Shown here piece after piece: positions 8,815-18,052 of a stretch of 64,000 bases of DNA. The position numbers and the translations under genes are program-made. The notes below the pieces were generated by a model. That model did no database searches. It was not told the DNA's origin and saw only the letters and a program-made list of their open reading frames with translations. The stretch spans positions 178,295 to 242,294 of the forward strand of contig JBILHA010000002.1 in the NCBI GenBank assembly GCA_044350705.1. The letters are read 5' to 3'. The DNA is from Candidatus Kapaibacterium sp. (GTDB lineage Bacteria > Patescibacteriota > Patescibacteriia > UBA9934). The stretch's first letter is position 1. Each line of letters starts with the position of its first letter.

Positions 8815-10338
8815 ATGCTCTCTTTTATTGATCGCTTCATCAACGGCATTACCATGTACCGCCTCACGCTTTGGGGACTTTCTCTGCTTGCAGCTCTTTC
8901 AATTCTCTTTGGATTTTTTGGACTTATTTCTTACGATGGATTCCATCTCCTTCTCTCCCTCTTTCTTCTTCTCATTACCTGCTGGATTTCAAATACACTC
9001 TTTGTTCGTCTTTTTAATGCCGCGCCTAGCGTCGAATCCTCCCCCATTACTGCGCTCATTCTTTTCTTTCTCATCATGCCTGTTGCATCGGTGAAAGAAG
9101 CGCTCATTTTAGTGCTCACTGGCATTGTTGCGATGGCATCAAAATATCTTCTTGCTATTCGCGGACGGCACCTGTTTAATCCTGCCGCAATTGGGGCATT
9201 TTTTTCAGGATTTATTTTAGGAAACGGGGCTATTTGGTGGGTAGGAAGCAGCATCTTCCTTCCCTTTGTTGCCGTAGTCGGTCTTCTCATGGTGAGAAAA
9301 ATTCATCGAGGGACGCTCTTTCTTTCGGGAGTTTTCGCTGCCGTTGTTACCCTCCTTGTCGTCAATCTTCTTCAAGAAACGATCGCCTTTACTCTCGTCG
9401 ATCTCAGCTCCTTCATCACGCTCGTTTTCACCTCCTGGCCTCTTGTTTTCTTTGCGTCGGTCATGCTCACGGAACCTACCACCACTCCTTCTACCCGCAA
9501 GAGACAGATCATCTATGGAATCCTTACCGGCATTCTCTTTGGTCTTCCTTTCTCTTTCGGACGTCTCTCCATGTCTCCTGAGCTTGCGCTTCTTTTGGGA
9601 AATATTTATTCCTCCTTCGCAGAAGCAAAGTCTCGCGTAAAAGCGAAACTTCTCCAGAGAACACTTGTCGCAAAGGATACCTACCATCTTACCTTTTCTC
9701 TTCCCCGCCCTCTTACTTTTATCCCAGGCCAATATCTCGAATGGACACTTTTTCATAATAAATCGGACAACCGGGGAACCCGTCGTTACTTTACTATCGC
9801 TTCTTCGCCTACCGAACCCTCTCTAGGACTCGGGGTAAAAATGGGAGGAAAGATGAGTACTTTTAAACAGAAGCTCTTTACTCTTCAGGAAGGGGAAGAA
9901 ATTACCGTCTCTCAGCTTTCTGGAGATTTTGTCCTTCCTCGGGATTCTTCGGAGAAACTCGTTTTTATCGCAGGAGGAATTGGCATTACTCCCTTTAGGA
10001 GCATGGTGCAATGGCTCATTGATACACAGTCTTCTCGAGACATCGTTCTTATCTATGCCTGCAACACCCCGGAAGACTTCGCCTACCTTGATGTATTTAT
10101 GCGCGCTCAATCATGCGGAGTACGGCTTGTCCTTCTTGCGAAAGAAGCACCCGTAGGATGGCAAGGACAACGGGGATATCTCACGATCGAAATGCTGCAA
10201 AAAGAAGTTCCCGACTCTACCGTCCGTCATTTCTATATCTCTGGACCCGGCGGCATGGTCACTGCGTATAAAAAGCTTCTCAGAAAACATGGTATTTCTC
10301 TTTCACGTATTACTACCGATTATTTCCCGGGTCTTTAA
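8815..10338 (+). CDS. RnfD/NqrB-like membrane domain fused to a ferredoxin-NADP reductase-type FAD/NAD(P)-binding domain
   Basis: SKY...HLFNPAA and MLTEPTTTP (RnfD-like); FIPGQY, RYFTIASSP, FIAGGIGITPF, YISGP (FNR). Confidence 0.88.
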   Translation: MLSFIDRFINGITMYRLTLWGLSLLAALSILFGFFGLISYDGFHLLLSLFLLLITCWISNTLFVRLFNAAPSVESSPITALILFFLIMPVASVKEALILVLTGIVAMASKYLLAIRGRHLFNPAAIGAFFSGFILGNGAIWWVGSSIFLPFVAVVGLLMVRKIHRGTLFLSGVFAAVVTLLVVNLLQETIAFTLVDLSSFITLVFTSWPLVFFASVMLTEPTTTPSTRKRQIIYGILTGILFGLPFSFGRLSMSPELALLLGNIYSSFAEAKSRVKAKLLQRTLVAKDTYHLTFSLPRPLTFIPGQYLEWTLFHNKSDNRGTRRYFTIASSPTEPSLGLGVKMGGKMSTFKQKLFTLQEGEEITVSQLSGDFVLPRDSSEKLVFIAGGIGITPFRSMVQWLIDTQSSRDIVLIYACNTPEDFAYLDVFMRAQSCGVRLVLLAKEAPVGWQGQRGYLTIEMLQKEVPDSTVRHFYISGPGGMVTAYKKLLRKHGISLSRITTDYFPGL

Positions 10339-10374
10339 TGCTCTTTGTTCAGGAATGCTATACTGTGTATATCT

Positions 10375-10908
10375 ATGGAGGATACTGAGCTGCAACAATC
10401 ACCCACTGCCGCCGATCAATCTTCTGAAGCAATCGATGCAGGAGATATTTTGCTTGCATGGGAGAGTTGGGAGTATCCCCCTATTGAACGTTCAGGAAAG
10501 TGGTACGCCGTCGCAACAAGCCTTGGACTCTTCTGTCTCATTTATGCCATGTTTACCGCGAATTACATTTTTGCGGTTATTGTGGTCATGTTCGCCATCA
10601 TTATCATGATGCGAGACATAAAAAAACCGGCCCGTTTCCAAACGTACATCACCACAGAAGGCGTAGTTTTTGGTGATCGCCTCTATTCCTTTAAAGAGAT
10701 TCGGGATTTTTCTATTACATACGATCCTCCTGAGGTAAAAAATCTTTACCTCACATTCAACTCTTCCTTGCAGCCCATGCTTTCCATTCCCCTTGAGGAT
10801 GCGAATCCCAACCTGGTTCGCGCCGCTCTTTTGCCGTTTGTCTATGAAAACCTGGCACGGGATGGAGAAACCTTGACGGATACCCTTCGTCGCGTGTATA
10901 AATTGTAG
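10375..10908 (+). CDS. Hypothetical membrane protein (2 TM plus soluble C-terminal domain)
   Basis: WESWEYPPIERSGKWY then two TM helices; TGCTATACT 10 nt upstream of ATG. Confidence 0.8.
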   Translation: MEDTELQQSPTAADQSSEAIDAGDILLAWESWEYPPIERSGKWYAVATSLGLFCLIYAMFTANYIFAVIVVMFAIIIMMRDIKKPARFQTYITTEGVVFGDRLYSFKEIRDFSITYDPPEVKNLYLTFNSSLQPMLSIPLEDANPNLVRAALLPFVYENLARDGETLTDTLRRVYKL

Positions 10909-10945
10909 CGTTGTTTTGACGAGTTTACCTCAGAACGCGACAAAC

Positions 10946-11067
10946 AAAATTGCTTTATTTGCGGCGATTTTGGCTCGCGACGATGAAATTTTCGTCAAGG
11001 CGTACCTCCTGGTACGCCGTCGAAAATTTCGAGGAGCATGCCAAAATAAGCCCAAATAAACAATTTT
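10946..11067 (+). repeat. Long imperfect hairpin element, copy C, abutting tRNA-Arg
   Basis: aaaattg/caatttt, tttattt/aaataaa, ttttggc/gccaaaa, gaaattttcg/cgaaaatttc, ggcgtacc-tcct-ggtacgcc. Confidence 0.8.
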
Positions 11068-11144
11068 GCGCTCGTAGCTCAGTTGGATAGAGCATCAGCT
11101 TGCGGAGCTGAGGGTCGCACGTTCGAGTCGTGCCGAGCGCACCA
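11068..11144 (+). tRNA. tRNA-Arg(GCG), CCA encoded
   Basis: TCAGC-TTGCGGA-GCTGA anticodon arm, GTTCGAGTC, ends ACCA. Confidence 0.95.
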
Positions 11145-11146
11145 TC

Positions 11147-11175
11147 AAAAAATCTGCCTTACCGGCAGATTTTTT
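11147..11175. terminator. Bidirectional intrinsic terminator between tRNA-Arg and znuB
   Basis: aaaaaatctgcc-ttacc-ggcagatttttt. Confidence 0.75.
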
Positions 11176-11177
11176 GT

Positions 11178-11996
11178 TTATCTTTTTCTTATGAGCGCCG
11201 TCACTCCAAACAGGAGAAGAGATACGAGCACGATGGTCGCTCCCGTGGGAGTATCCACAAGCGCCGATGCAAAGAGCCCTCCGATCACCGCGGTCACTCC
11301 ATACCCTACCCCTATCCCCATGGTGTGCCAGAACCCCTTTCTCCACATATTTGCCGCGAGTACCGGTATTACCAGCAACGCGCTCACCAAGAGCGCTCCT
11401 ACGACTCGCATGCCCACTGCAACAACCAGCGCAGAGAGCATGATAAACAGCGCCTCGTATCGCTCAATAGGGAGCCCTTGCACTTTCGCTAAACGTGCGT
11501 CAGCGGTTGCAAGAAAGAATATCCCTCTCCCGACATACAGTACGCTTCCCACCACTCCAAGCACTGCCCCGATTGAGCACACATCGCCCCACGTTACGGT
11601 CGTGATGCTTCCAAACAAATAGGAGAGTACCTGGGCATTCCAGGAACCGGTTACGCTTAATAGCACCACGGCAAATGCTAAGCTTCCTGAAAGGACCAAT
11701 GCAAGCGCAGCATCTCCTGAGAGTTTCGCATGTCTTCTGAGCCATTCCATTCCTATCGCGGCTCCTAGTGTTGCCGCCATCGCCGCCCAAACGCTTTGGA
11801 TGCCCAGCACCACTCCGAGCGCCACCCCCGCAAGCGAGGCGTGCGCTAACGTATCTGAGAAAAATGCTTGGCGACGTGCGACAAAAAATATCCCAATGAG
11901 AGGTGCGAGTATTCCCATCATAATTCCCGCAAGCAATGCTCGCTGAAAAAAGGCGTATCCAAAGAGTTCAATAAGCATACTAGTGATGATGGGCAT
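11178..11996 (-). CDS. znuB: Zn/Mn ABC transporter permease
   Basis: DTLAHASLAGVALG, LSYLFGSI, VVGALLVSALLVIP (ABC-3 family). Confidence 0.92.
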   Translation of the reverse strand: MPIITSMLIELFGYAFFQRALLAGIMMGILAPLIGIFFVARRQAFFSDTLAHASLAGVALGVVLGIQSVWAAMAATLGAAIGMEWLRRHAKLSGDAALALVLSGSLAFAVVLLSVTGSWNAQVLSYLFGSITTVTWGDVCSIGAVLGVVGSVLYVGRGIFFLATADARLAKVQGLPIERYEALFIMLSALVVAVGMRVVGALLVSALLVIPVLAANMWRKGFWHTMGIGVGYGVTAVIGGLFASALVDTPTGATIVLVSLLLFGVTALIRKR

Positions 11997-13254
11997 GTCC
12001 TTCTTCTTCTACCCGGATAATTCCTTTGCCGTATGCCCATGCGGCAAGTGCGGTCGCCACTGGCACTGCGAGCATAAGCGCAGATCCACCAATGAGTGCA
12101 CGGAGCATTTCTTCGGTCAGCGACTCCCCGTTGAGTAAAACCCACAGTGGCGGGTTATCCGGGAGCGAGAAGAGCAGGAAAAGAGGAAATGACGCTCCTA
12201 CATATGCGAGTGCGAGCGTGTTTACGAGAGCTGCAATATGCTCTCGTCCAACTACCAGCCCTCGTACATACAACTCCTTTACGTCGAGTGAGTGATTTGC
12301 GCGATAGATCTGTTCTACTGCTGCAACTTGTGCGGTCGTAACGTCGTCCAAAACACCCAGCGCACCAATCACCAAGCCTCCGAGGAGGAGTCCGCGTAGA
12401 TCAAGCGATTGTAAATACCCCATCTGCAAGAAGAGCGCCTCTTCCGTACTTGCTCCCGAAAGCATCGCCCAAAAAACCGTTGCATATGCCAATCCAAACG
12501 CGAGGAGCAGCACAAACATGGTGGCAGAAAATGCGAGGAGTGTTCTCTTTTTTAATCCGTGTGCCAAAAACAATGATGTCGTCGCGATTGCAATAGCCCC
12601 CAGCGCGCTAATCACGATGGGATTGTCCCCTGCCATGATACGGGGCGCGATAAATGCTACAAGTACAATAAGCGATACTCCAAGGCCCACCAGTGACATT
12701 ACTCCTCTCCACTTGCCAAGTACTACGGCGAGTCCTCCAAAGACCAATGCCAACGCAATGACCACAGGAAGCCGGAATTGATCGAGAATATAGTACGCCG
12801 TCCCACGAGCATCGGTGGTTTGCACGAGCACGACCGGATCTCCTTTTTCGAGACGCACCTGTGCAAATCCGATCGTTGAGGAACGATACTCGATCGTCTC
12901 TACCTCTCCCGCTTCTTCTCCTGAGGCAATCTTTACTAAGACGAGCTGATAGCTTTCCTCGAGACCGCCGAGGTTATTTTTTCCTTCCTCAACAATACTT
13001 ATCACCTCTCCGAGCACATACTTGTTTGGAATATATTCTCCTACCGGATGGCTCACCATCATCTCGCCGTCTTCTGCAGGCACAAGTTCCGCCTCTTGCG
13101 CAAAAACGACTTGTATCCCTGAAAAAGATAAGACGCAAAGTATCAGCGAAACAAGCAGTGGGCGGAGAAGCAACCGGACCGATGAGAACAGAAAAACACC
13201 GAAATACCAATGTGCCTTCTTAATGCATGTGAGGATGATCCGCATAGGAGCCAT
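11980..13254 (-). CDS. YibE/F family membrane protein with C-terminal His tail; start uncertain
   Basis: IGALGVLDDVTTAQ, VGREHIAALVNTLALAYVGASFP; ends GHAHHH. Confidence 0.88.
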   Translation of the reverse strand: MAPMRIILTCIKKAHWYFGVFLFSSVRLLLRPLLVSLILCVLSFSGIQVVFAQEAELVPAEDGEMMVSHPVGEYIPNKYVLGEVISIVEEGKNNLGGLEESYQLVLVKIASGEEAGEVETIEYRSSTIGFAQVRLEKGDPVVLVQTTDARGTAYYILDQFRLPVVIALALVFGGLAVVLGKWRGVMSLVGLGVSLIVLVAFIAPRIMAGDNPIVISALGAIAIATTSLFLAHGLKKRTLLAFSATMFVLLLAFGLAYATVFWAMLSGASTEEALFLQMGYLQSLDLRGLLLGGLVIGALGVLDDVTTAQVAAVEQIYRANHSLDVKELYVRGLVVGREHIAALVNTLALAYVGASFPLFLLFSLPDNPPLWVLLNGESLTEEMLRALIGGSALMLAVPVATALAAWAYGKGIIRVEEEGHAHHH

Positions 13255-13921
13255 GACTTACGATTCTCTTATTAAGACAGAGCACACGCGTTGCTTCGCG
13301 CTCAACTGCGTGAAGGTCATGAGAGACCATAAGAATAGTCATATGCGTACGCCGGTGCAATTCACGCAGTACATCGTAGAGCGTCTGCTGTTGGTACTCA
13401 TCTACTGCGGACATCGGTTCATCAAGAACGAGTATACGTGGCTCTCCCGCTAATGCTCGTGCGAGAAAAGCTCGCTGGCGTTCTCCTCCGGAAATCTCTC
13501 CGATTCTTCTTTTCGCAAGGTGGGATATACCGCACGTTTCCATCGCCTTTTCAATACGCACCACATCATGCGCTCGTGGGCCTTGATACCACTTTCTCAA
13601 TGCCACCCGTCCACTTGCAACCATTTCCTCCACGGTTGCGGGAAAAAGTGGATCAAAAGACGCCGCATGCTGAGGGACATATCCCACTTGATGGCGCAAT
13701 TCTCTCCCTTCCCACTCAATCTTTCCCGCCGTTTGGCGCTCAAGACCGAGGAGGATATTCAAGAGCGTCGTCTTTCCTCCCCCATTTGGACCAATAATTC
13801 CTACATACTCTCCTTCTTTGATCGAAAAAGAAACATCTTCAAGAACGACGAAATCACCCCGCGTAAATTGCACGTGGGAAACCGTGAGTAATTCGTGTGA
13901 CCGCTTCGCTACGGTTGACAT
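13220..13921 (-). CDS. znuC: Zn/Mn ABC transporter ATPase
   Basis: GPNGGGKT, GYVPQ, ISGGERQR, LVLDEP, VSHDL; His-rich end. Confidence 0.93.
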   Translation of the reverse strand: MSTVAKRSHELLTVSHVQFTRGDFVVLEDVSFSIKEGEYVGIIGPNGGGKTTLLNILLGLERQTAGKIEWEGRELRHQVGYVPQHAASFDPLFPATVEEMVASGRVALRKWYQGPRAHDVVRIEKAMETCGISHLAKRRIGEISGGERQRAFLARALAGEPRILVLDEPMSAVDEYQQQTLYDVLRELHRRTHMTILMVSHDLHAVEREATRVLCLNKRIVSHGSYADHPHMH

Positions 13922-14886
13922 GAGAGTGCTTGCGCAAGTGCGTGAAGATTCTTTCGCATAATGGAAGTATACCCTTCTCCTGCGGCAATTTGCTCTTCCG
14001 TACGGCCTTCAAGGGTGTACAACACATCTACCGATGCGCCAATTTCCTGGGCGATTGTTTCTGCCAGCGCCGTACTTGCGGGAGACTCGAAGAATACCGT
14101 CGTCACTCCTAATTCCTTTGCTTCTTCAATGAGTTTTGCCATATTTTTGACCGATGGTTCCGCCTCGGGAGAAATTCCTGCCACGGCATGTATCGCGATG
14201 TTGTACCGAAGTTCCCAATACCGGAATGCGTCATGCGCCACCAAAACATTGCTTTGTTCGCACGTACGCAATGTTTCAGAAAAATCCGCATCTAATGCCG
14301 CGAGCTCCTCTCGCAGCTTTTGCATTTCATGCGCATACCGCTCGGCATGTGCAGGATCTTTCTCGATGAGCGCTTCGGCGATCGCGCGCACCATTTCTTG
14401 TGCTCGCGCACTATCAAGCCAGGCGTGGGGATCTTGCGCGCCTTCATGCCCGTGCCCGTGCTCTTCTTCCTCCTCTTCATGCCCCTCTTCTTCATGTCCC
14501 TCCTCTTCTCCTGCCAGAAAGGGTACAACGTCGCTCATGCGCACCACTTTTATTCCCGCAGCTTCTGCATCGGGAAGGAGATTTTCTGCCCACGCGTCTA
14601 AACCTCCGCCATTGAGGAGCACCACGTCAGCACTTAAAAAATGTGCGATATCCTGGGGAGATGGCTCATATTCATGCACCTCAACTCCATCAGGCGTTAT
14701 TTGTCGTACCGATACATATTCTTCGCCTATTTCTTGAGCAAAGTCCGCCAAAGGGAAAAACGTTGCCACTACTTCGATCTGGTTCTTTGGGGTATTCCCT
14801 CTTTCACCCCTTCCCAAATACCATCCTCCTGCAAGCAGTGCGCTCACAAGTAGCAGGCCCCCTATTCCATACATCCATTTTTGCAT
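13909..14886 (-). CDS. znuA: Zn ABC transporter substrate-binding protein with His/Glu-rich loop
   Basis: EVHEYEP, His/Glu loop, DPHAWL, HDAFRY, EAEPS. Confidence 0.92.
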   Translation of the reverse strand: MQKWMYGIGGLLLVSALLAGGWYLGRGERGNTPKNQIEVVATFFPLADFAQEIGEEYVSVRQITPDGVEVHEYEPSPQDIAHFLSADVVLLNGGGLDAWAENLLPDAEAAGIKVVRMSDVVPFLAGEEEGHEEEGHEEEEEEHGHGHEGAQDPHAWLDSARAQEMVRAIAEALIEKDPAHAERYAHEMQKLREELAALDADFSETLRTCEQSNVLVAHDAFRYWELRYNIAIHAVAGISPEAEPSVKNMAKLIEEAKELGVTTVFFESPASTALAETIAQEIGASVDVLYTLEGRTEEQIAAGEGYTSIMRKNLHALAQALSCQP

Positions 14887-14897
14887 ATTTTTTGCAA
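14881..14897. promoter_or_regulatory. Possible Fur/Zur-family operator over the znuA start codon
   Basis: TTGCA-N7-TGCAA inverted repeat. Confidence 0.35.
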
Positions 14898-14902
14898 AAA
14901 TA

Positions 14903-15556
14903 TCATGCATCGTTTCCATATGCAAGGGTGCATGCGTATACCCGGGAAACCCCCGCTTGTCTGAGAACGTCCGCACACGCTACGAGCGTACTTCCGGTCG
15001 TTGCAACATCATCTACGAGACAGACGCTCTTTGGCACCTTGTCTTGCGGCCTTAACACACTCATGTAGGGATTCTTCTCACGCACCTCTCCCCGATCCTC
15101 TTTTTTTGTTTTTGCCTGCGCCTTTTTTGGTACTCGTTTTAATCCCTCCACGACACTCCATCCTCCTTTTGTCGCGATGCTTTGGGCGAGCATCTCTGCC
15201 TGATTAAATCCACGCTCTGCATACGCTTCTCTTGCCAGGGGAACGGGGATCAGGACTGTTTCTTTATCAAGAAAAAACATCTCTCCCTCTTGCATCCACT
15301 TTTGCCACCATTTTCCCGCCTCTTCATCGCCGCGATATTTCCACGCATGGAGCATTTTTTGTACCGCCGGCTCTTGATAAGAAACTCGTGAGAATATTTC
15401 TACCCCTTCGCATACCTTCTCACGATGCCAAGGAGGGAGCGTCACATTCTTTGCGCACCTTTGACAGAGAATCTCTCCTTCTTTCTTACAAACCACACAC
15501 GCCCTTGGAAAAAGGGCGTCCATGAGGAGGTGATAGATGGCTTTTAGTCTTGCCAT
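14903..15556 (-). CDS. comF: ComF family competence protein (Zn ribbon + PRTase)
   Basis: CVVC..CQRC, RGFNQAE, LVDDVATTGSTL. Confidence 0.9.
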   Translation of the reverse strand: MARLKAIYHLLMDALFPRACVVCKKEGEILCQRCAKNVTLPPWHREKVCEGVEIFSRVSYQEPAVQKMLHAWKYRGDEEAGKWWQKWMQEGEMFFLDKETVLIPVPLAREAYAERGFNQAEMLAQSIATKGGWSVVEGLKRVPKKAQAKTKKEDRGEVREKNPYMSVLRPQDKVPKSVCLVDDVATTGSTLVACADVLRQAGVSRVYACTLAYGNDA

Positions 15557-16116
15557 GTATAGGCATCTACCTTCCAAACCCCACCTTCTTGTACGAGCAC
15601 AACTTCAATCGCCTGATAACGAATTTCTTCATTTCCTGGGGATCCAAATGCCTCCTCACGCTGCGTTTGAACCATCAATGTCATGGATGTTTCTGTTTCT
15701 TGCGTGGCTTTCGCCCCGAGGCATGAGGTCGACACTCCATAATACCCGCCTTCTCCTCCCGGCTCTTGCGTGCGGGCTTGCTTTGCCTCTCGCTCCAGTT
15801 GGGCACTGAGTCGCGTGGTCACAAGGCCGAGTACATCATCAATATTTTGGAAGTCAGATTCAGAAGAATAACTTCCCACGCGCTCAACAAAGGTTCTTGC
15901 GACCGTTCCGGCAGAGACTTCTTGCGCTTTTGGCACATCCTCTGGATCATATGTTGGTTTTGGAGCAGGCGTGGTATTTGCCGCAGGAAGCGTCGTATTC
16001 TTCTCTTCTTCAATCTGTTGCGCGGTATTTTCCCGGGTCATCCAGAAAATAACTCCAAGCAACGCGAGGAGAATGACGACCGCTACACCGATTTCGATCA
16101 TGCGTTTTCTTTCCAT
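15544..16116 (-). CDS. Single-TM protein with NTF2-like C-terminal domain (VirB8-like)
   Basis: N-terminal TM, ARTFVERVGSYS, terminal LVQEGGVWKVD; directly downstream of virB4. Confidence 0.6.
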   Translation of the reverse strand: MERKRMIEIGVAVVILLALLGVIFWMTRENTAQQIEEEKNTTLPAANTTPAPKPTYDPEDVPKAQEVSAGTVARTFVERVGSYSSESDFQNIDDVLGLVTTRLSAQLEREAKQARTQEPGGEGGYYGVSTSCLGAKATQETETSMTLMVQTQREEAFGSPGNEEIRYQAIEVVLVQEGGVWKVDAYTWQD

Positions 16117-16125
16117 AAGAAATGA

Positions 16126-18048
16126 TTATGCTTGTTTTTGCTGCTCCGCGAGTGCGCGCTGATATTCTTCTCGCGCACGTTCCTGCTGCAGGATTTGCTC
16201 TGGATTTGTCGTCACAATTTGATCTTCCGTATATGACGCTACCACTTTAATCGCCGCATGCTTCTGTCCGGCGAAAAAGATCCCCTCCCCTACTGCTGCT
16301 TCGAGCAGAAGATACTTCTCACTTTGCGTGAGGTTAAACGTTCGCGCAACCAGATCCACGGCCGCAGGAGATTGTTTCAACAACATCTGGAGAGAAGAGT
16401 TGGTCACAATTGCTTGGCCGTATTGCGAAGTAAGGAAGTCGTTTACATCTTGCGTGATCGTCGTCACACCCAGGTAGTATTTTCGCGCGCGTTTTACGAG
16501 GGCAAAAATGAACTTTGCCGAATCTTCGTTTTGCATGAGCCACCACGCTTCATCAATCACCAACAAACGCTTTTTACGCTCCGAACGTACGACGTTCCAG
16601 ATGTAGTTTACGATGGTATAAATCGCCATGGGACGCAATTCATCTTCGAGGTCGCGTACGGAGAATACGACGAGCTGATTGCGCATTTGTACGGTTGTGG
16701 GAGAGTTCAGCAATCCCGAGAATGTTCCTGACACGTATTTCTGAATACGCGCAACAAGATTCTCCGCCCCCTGCATTCCCTCAAGGATTTGCATGAGGTC
16801 ATCAAGAATAGGATACGCTGCCACTCCTGCAAGCGAAGGAAGGTCAGGAGTAATATCTTTCTTTGCATACGCCTCCAAAAGTGCGCGATCGAGTACGCTA
16901 TCTTCTTCAGGGGTAAAGCCAAGCGTTCCCTTTTCTCCCATGGGCTTCCCGATCATGATGCGAAGCAGTCCCTTGAGCGTAATCACCGCGCTACGCAAGA
17001 TATCGTCTACCGAACTCTCTTCCCCCTTAGGGCGAGGAAGATCAAAAGGATTGATTTTTGCTTCAGACGCCAAGGAAACGTTTACGAATGTTCCGCCTAC
17101 GGCATCGGATAGCTGGCGATATTCCATTTCGGGGTCAATAACAATAACGTCCGTTCCCATCATGAGCGAACGGAGAATTTCGAGCTTTACCGTATAGCTT
17201 TTTCCCGCACCTGATGTTGCAAAGACGACCGAGTTTGCATTCTGCAGAGAAAAACGATCGAATAAAATGAGCGAGTTGTTGTGCCGATTAATTCCGTACA
17301 GGATGCCGTTATCGCTCGATACATCTGAGGAAATAAAGGGAAATGAAGATGCAATCGGTGACGTGTTCATGTTAAACGTAATCATGAGCTCGTCATTGCA
17401 TTCGGGAAGCGTGGAATTAAACCCTTGTTCTGATTGGTAGAATCCTCGCTTCGTGTAAATGAGTTTCGTGCCGAAAATTGCTTCGATTTCTTCAGTGCGT
17501 TTATCTAAATCCTCCTGATTTTTTCCGTATACGGTAACGTAGAAAGCAAACTGGAAAAAGTGCTCGATTCCTTGTGTCAGATCATCACGAAGTTGCTCAA
17601 TATCGCGCAGTGCGGTTTCCTGGATAGGATCACGAGGCTTTCCACTTTCATGATCCGCAACAATTTGCGCTTCGGTAATACCCACTTTGTCACGCAACTG
17701 TTTTAAAATGATTTCTGGTCGGATCGGATAAAAATACATGCCAATATCGATCGTCCCTTTGTAATTGATAATCGGCGCTCCCCATCCTATTCCTACGTAG
17801 CGAGGATAGGTGGTCACAAAAAGCGTACGCAAATACTGATCTCCAAGACGGAGGAAGTTTGGCTGCACTTCAAACGCTGCCGGCGCAATCAGGTCACGGA
17901 TGGATACGGTTCCCCGGCGATAGACACGCTCTTCTTCAAGCGTTGCGCGCTCTTCAGCTAACTTCTGCTCTTGAGGGGACAGTTTCTTTGGAGCAACTGC
18001 AATCTTCTGTGCCTGCTGCCTTTTGAGGTCTTCAATATTAAATGCCAT
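16126..18048 (-). CDS. VirB4/TraC-like type IV secretion ATPase
   Basis: ATSGAGKS Walker A, IDPEMEY, INPFD, IDEAW Walker B, KRARKY, ITQD. Confidence 0.9.
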   Translation of the reverse strand: MAFNIEDLKRQQAQKIAVAPKKLSPQEQKLAEERATLEEERVYRRGTVSIRDLIAPAAFEVQPNFLRLGDQYLRTLFVTTYPRYVGIGWGAPIINYKGTIDIGMYFYPIRPEIILKQLRDKVGITEAQIVADHESGKPRDPIQETALRDIEQLRDDLTQGIEHFFQFAFYVTVYGKNQEDLDKRTEEIEAIFGTKLIYTKRGFYQSEQGFNSTLPECNDELMITFNMNTSPIASSFPFISSDVSSDNGILYGINRHNNSLILFDRFSLQNANSVVFATSGAGKSYTVKLEILRSLMMGTDVIVIDPEMEYRQLSDAVGGTFVNVSLASEAKINPFDLPRPKGEESSVDDILRSAVITLKGLLRIMIGKPMGEKGTLGFTPEEDSVLDRALLEAYAKKDITPDLPSLAGVAAYPILDDLMQILEGMQGAENLVARIQKYVSGTFSGLLNSPTTVQMRNQLVVFSVRDLEDELRPMAIYTIVNYIWNVVRSERKKRLLVIDEAWWLMQNEDSAKFIFALVKRARKYYLGVTTITQDVNDFLTSQYGQAIVTNSSLQMLLKQSPAAVDLVARTFNLTQSEKYLLLEAAVGEGIFFAGQKHAAIKVVASYTEDQIVTTNPEQILQQERAREEYQRALAEQQKQA

Positions 18049-18052
18049 ATCT

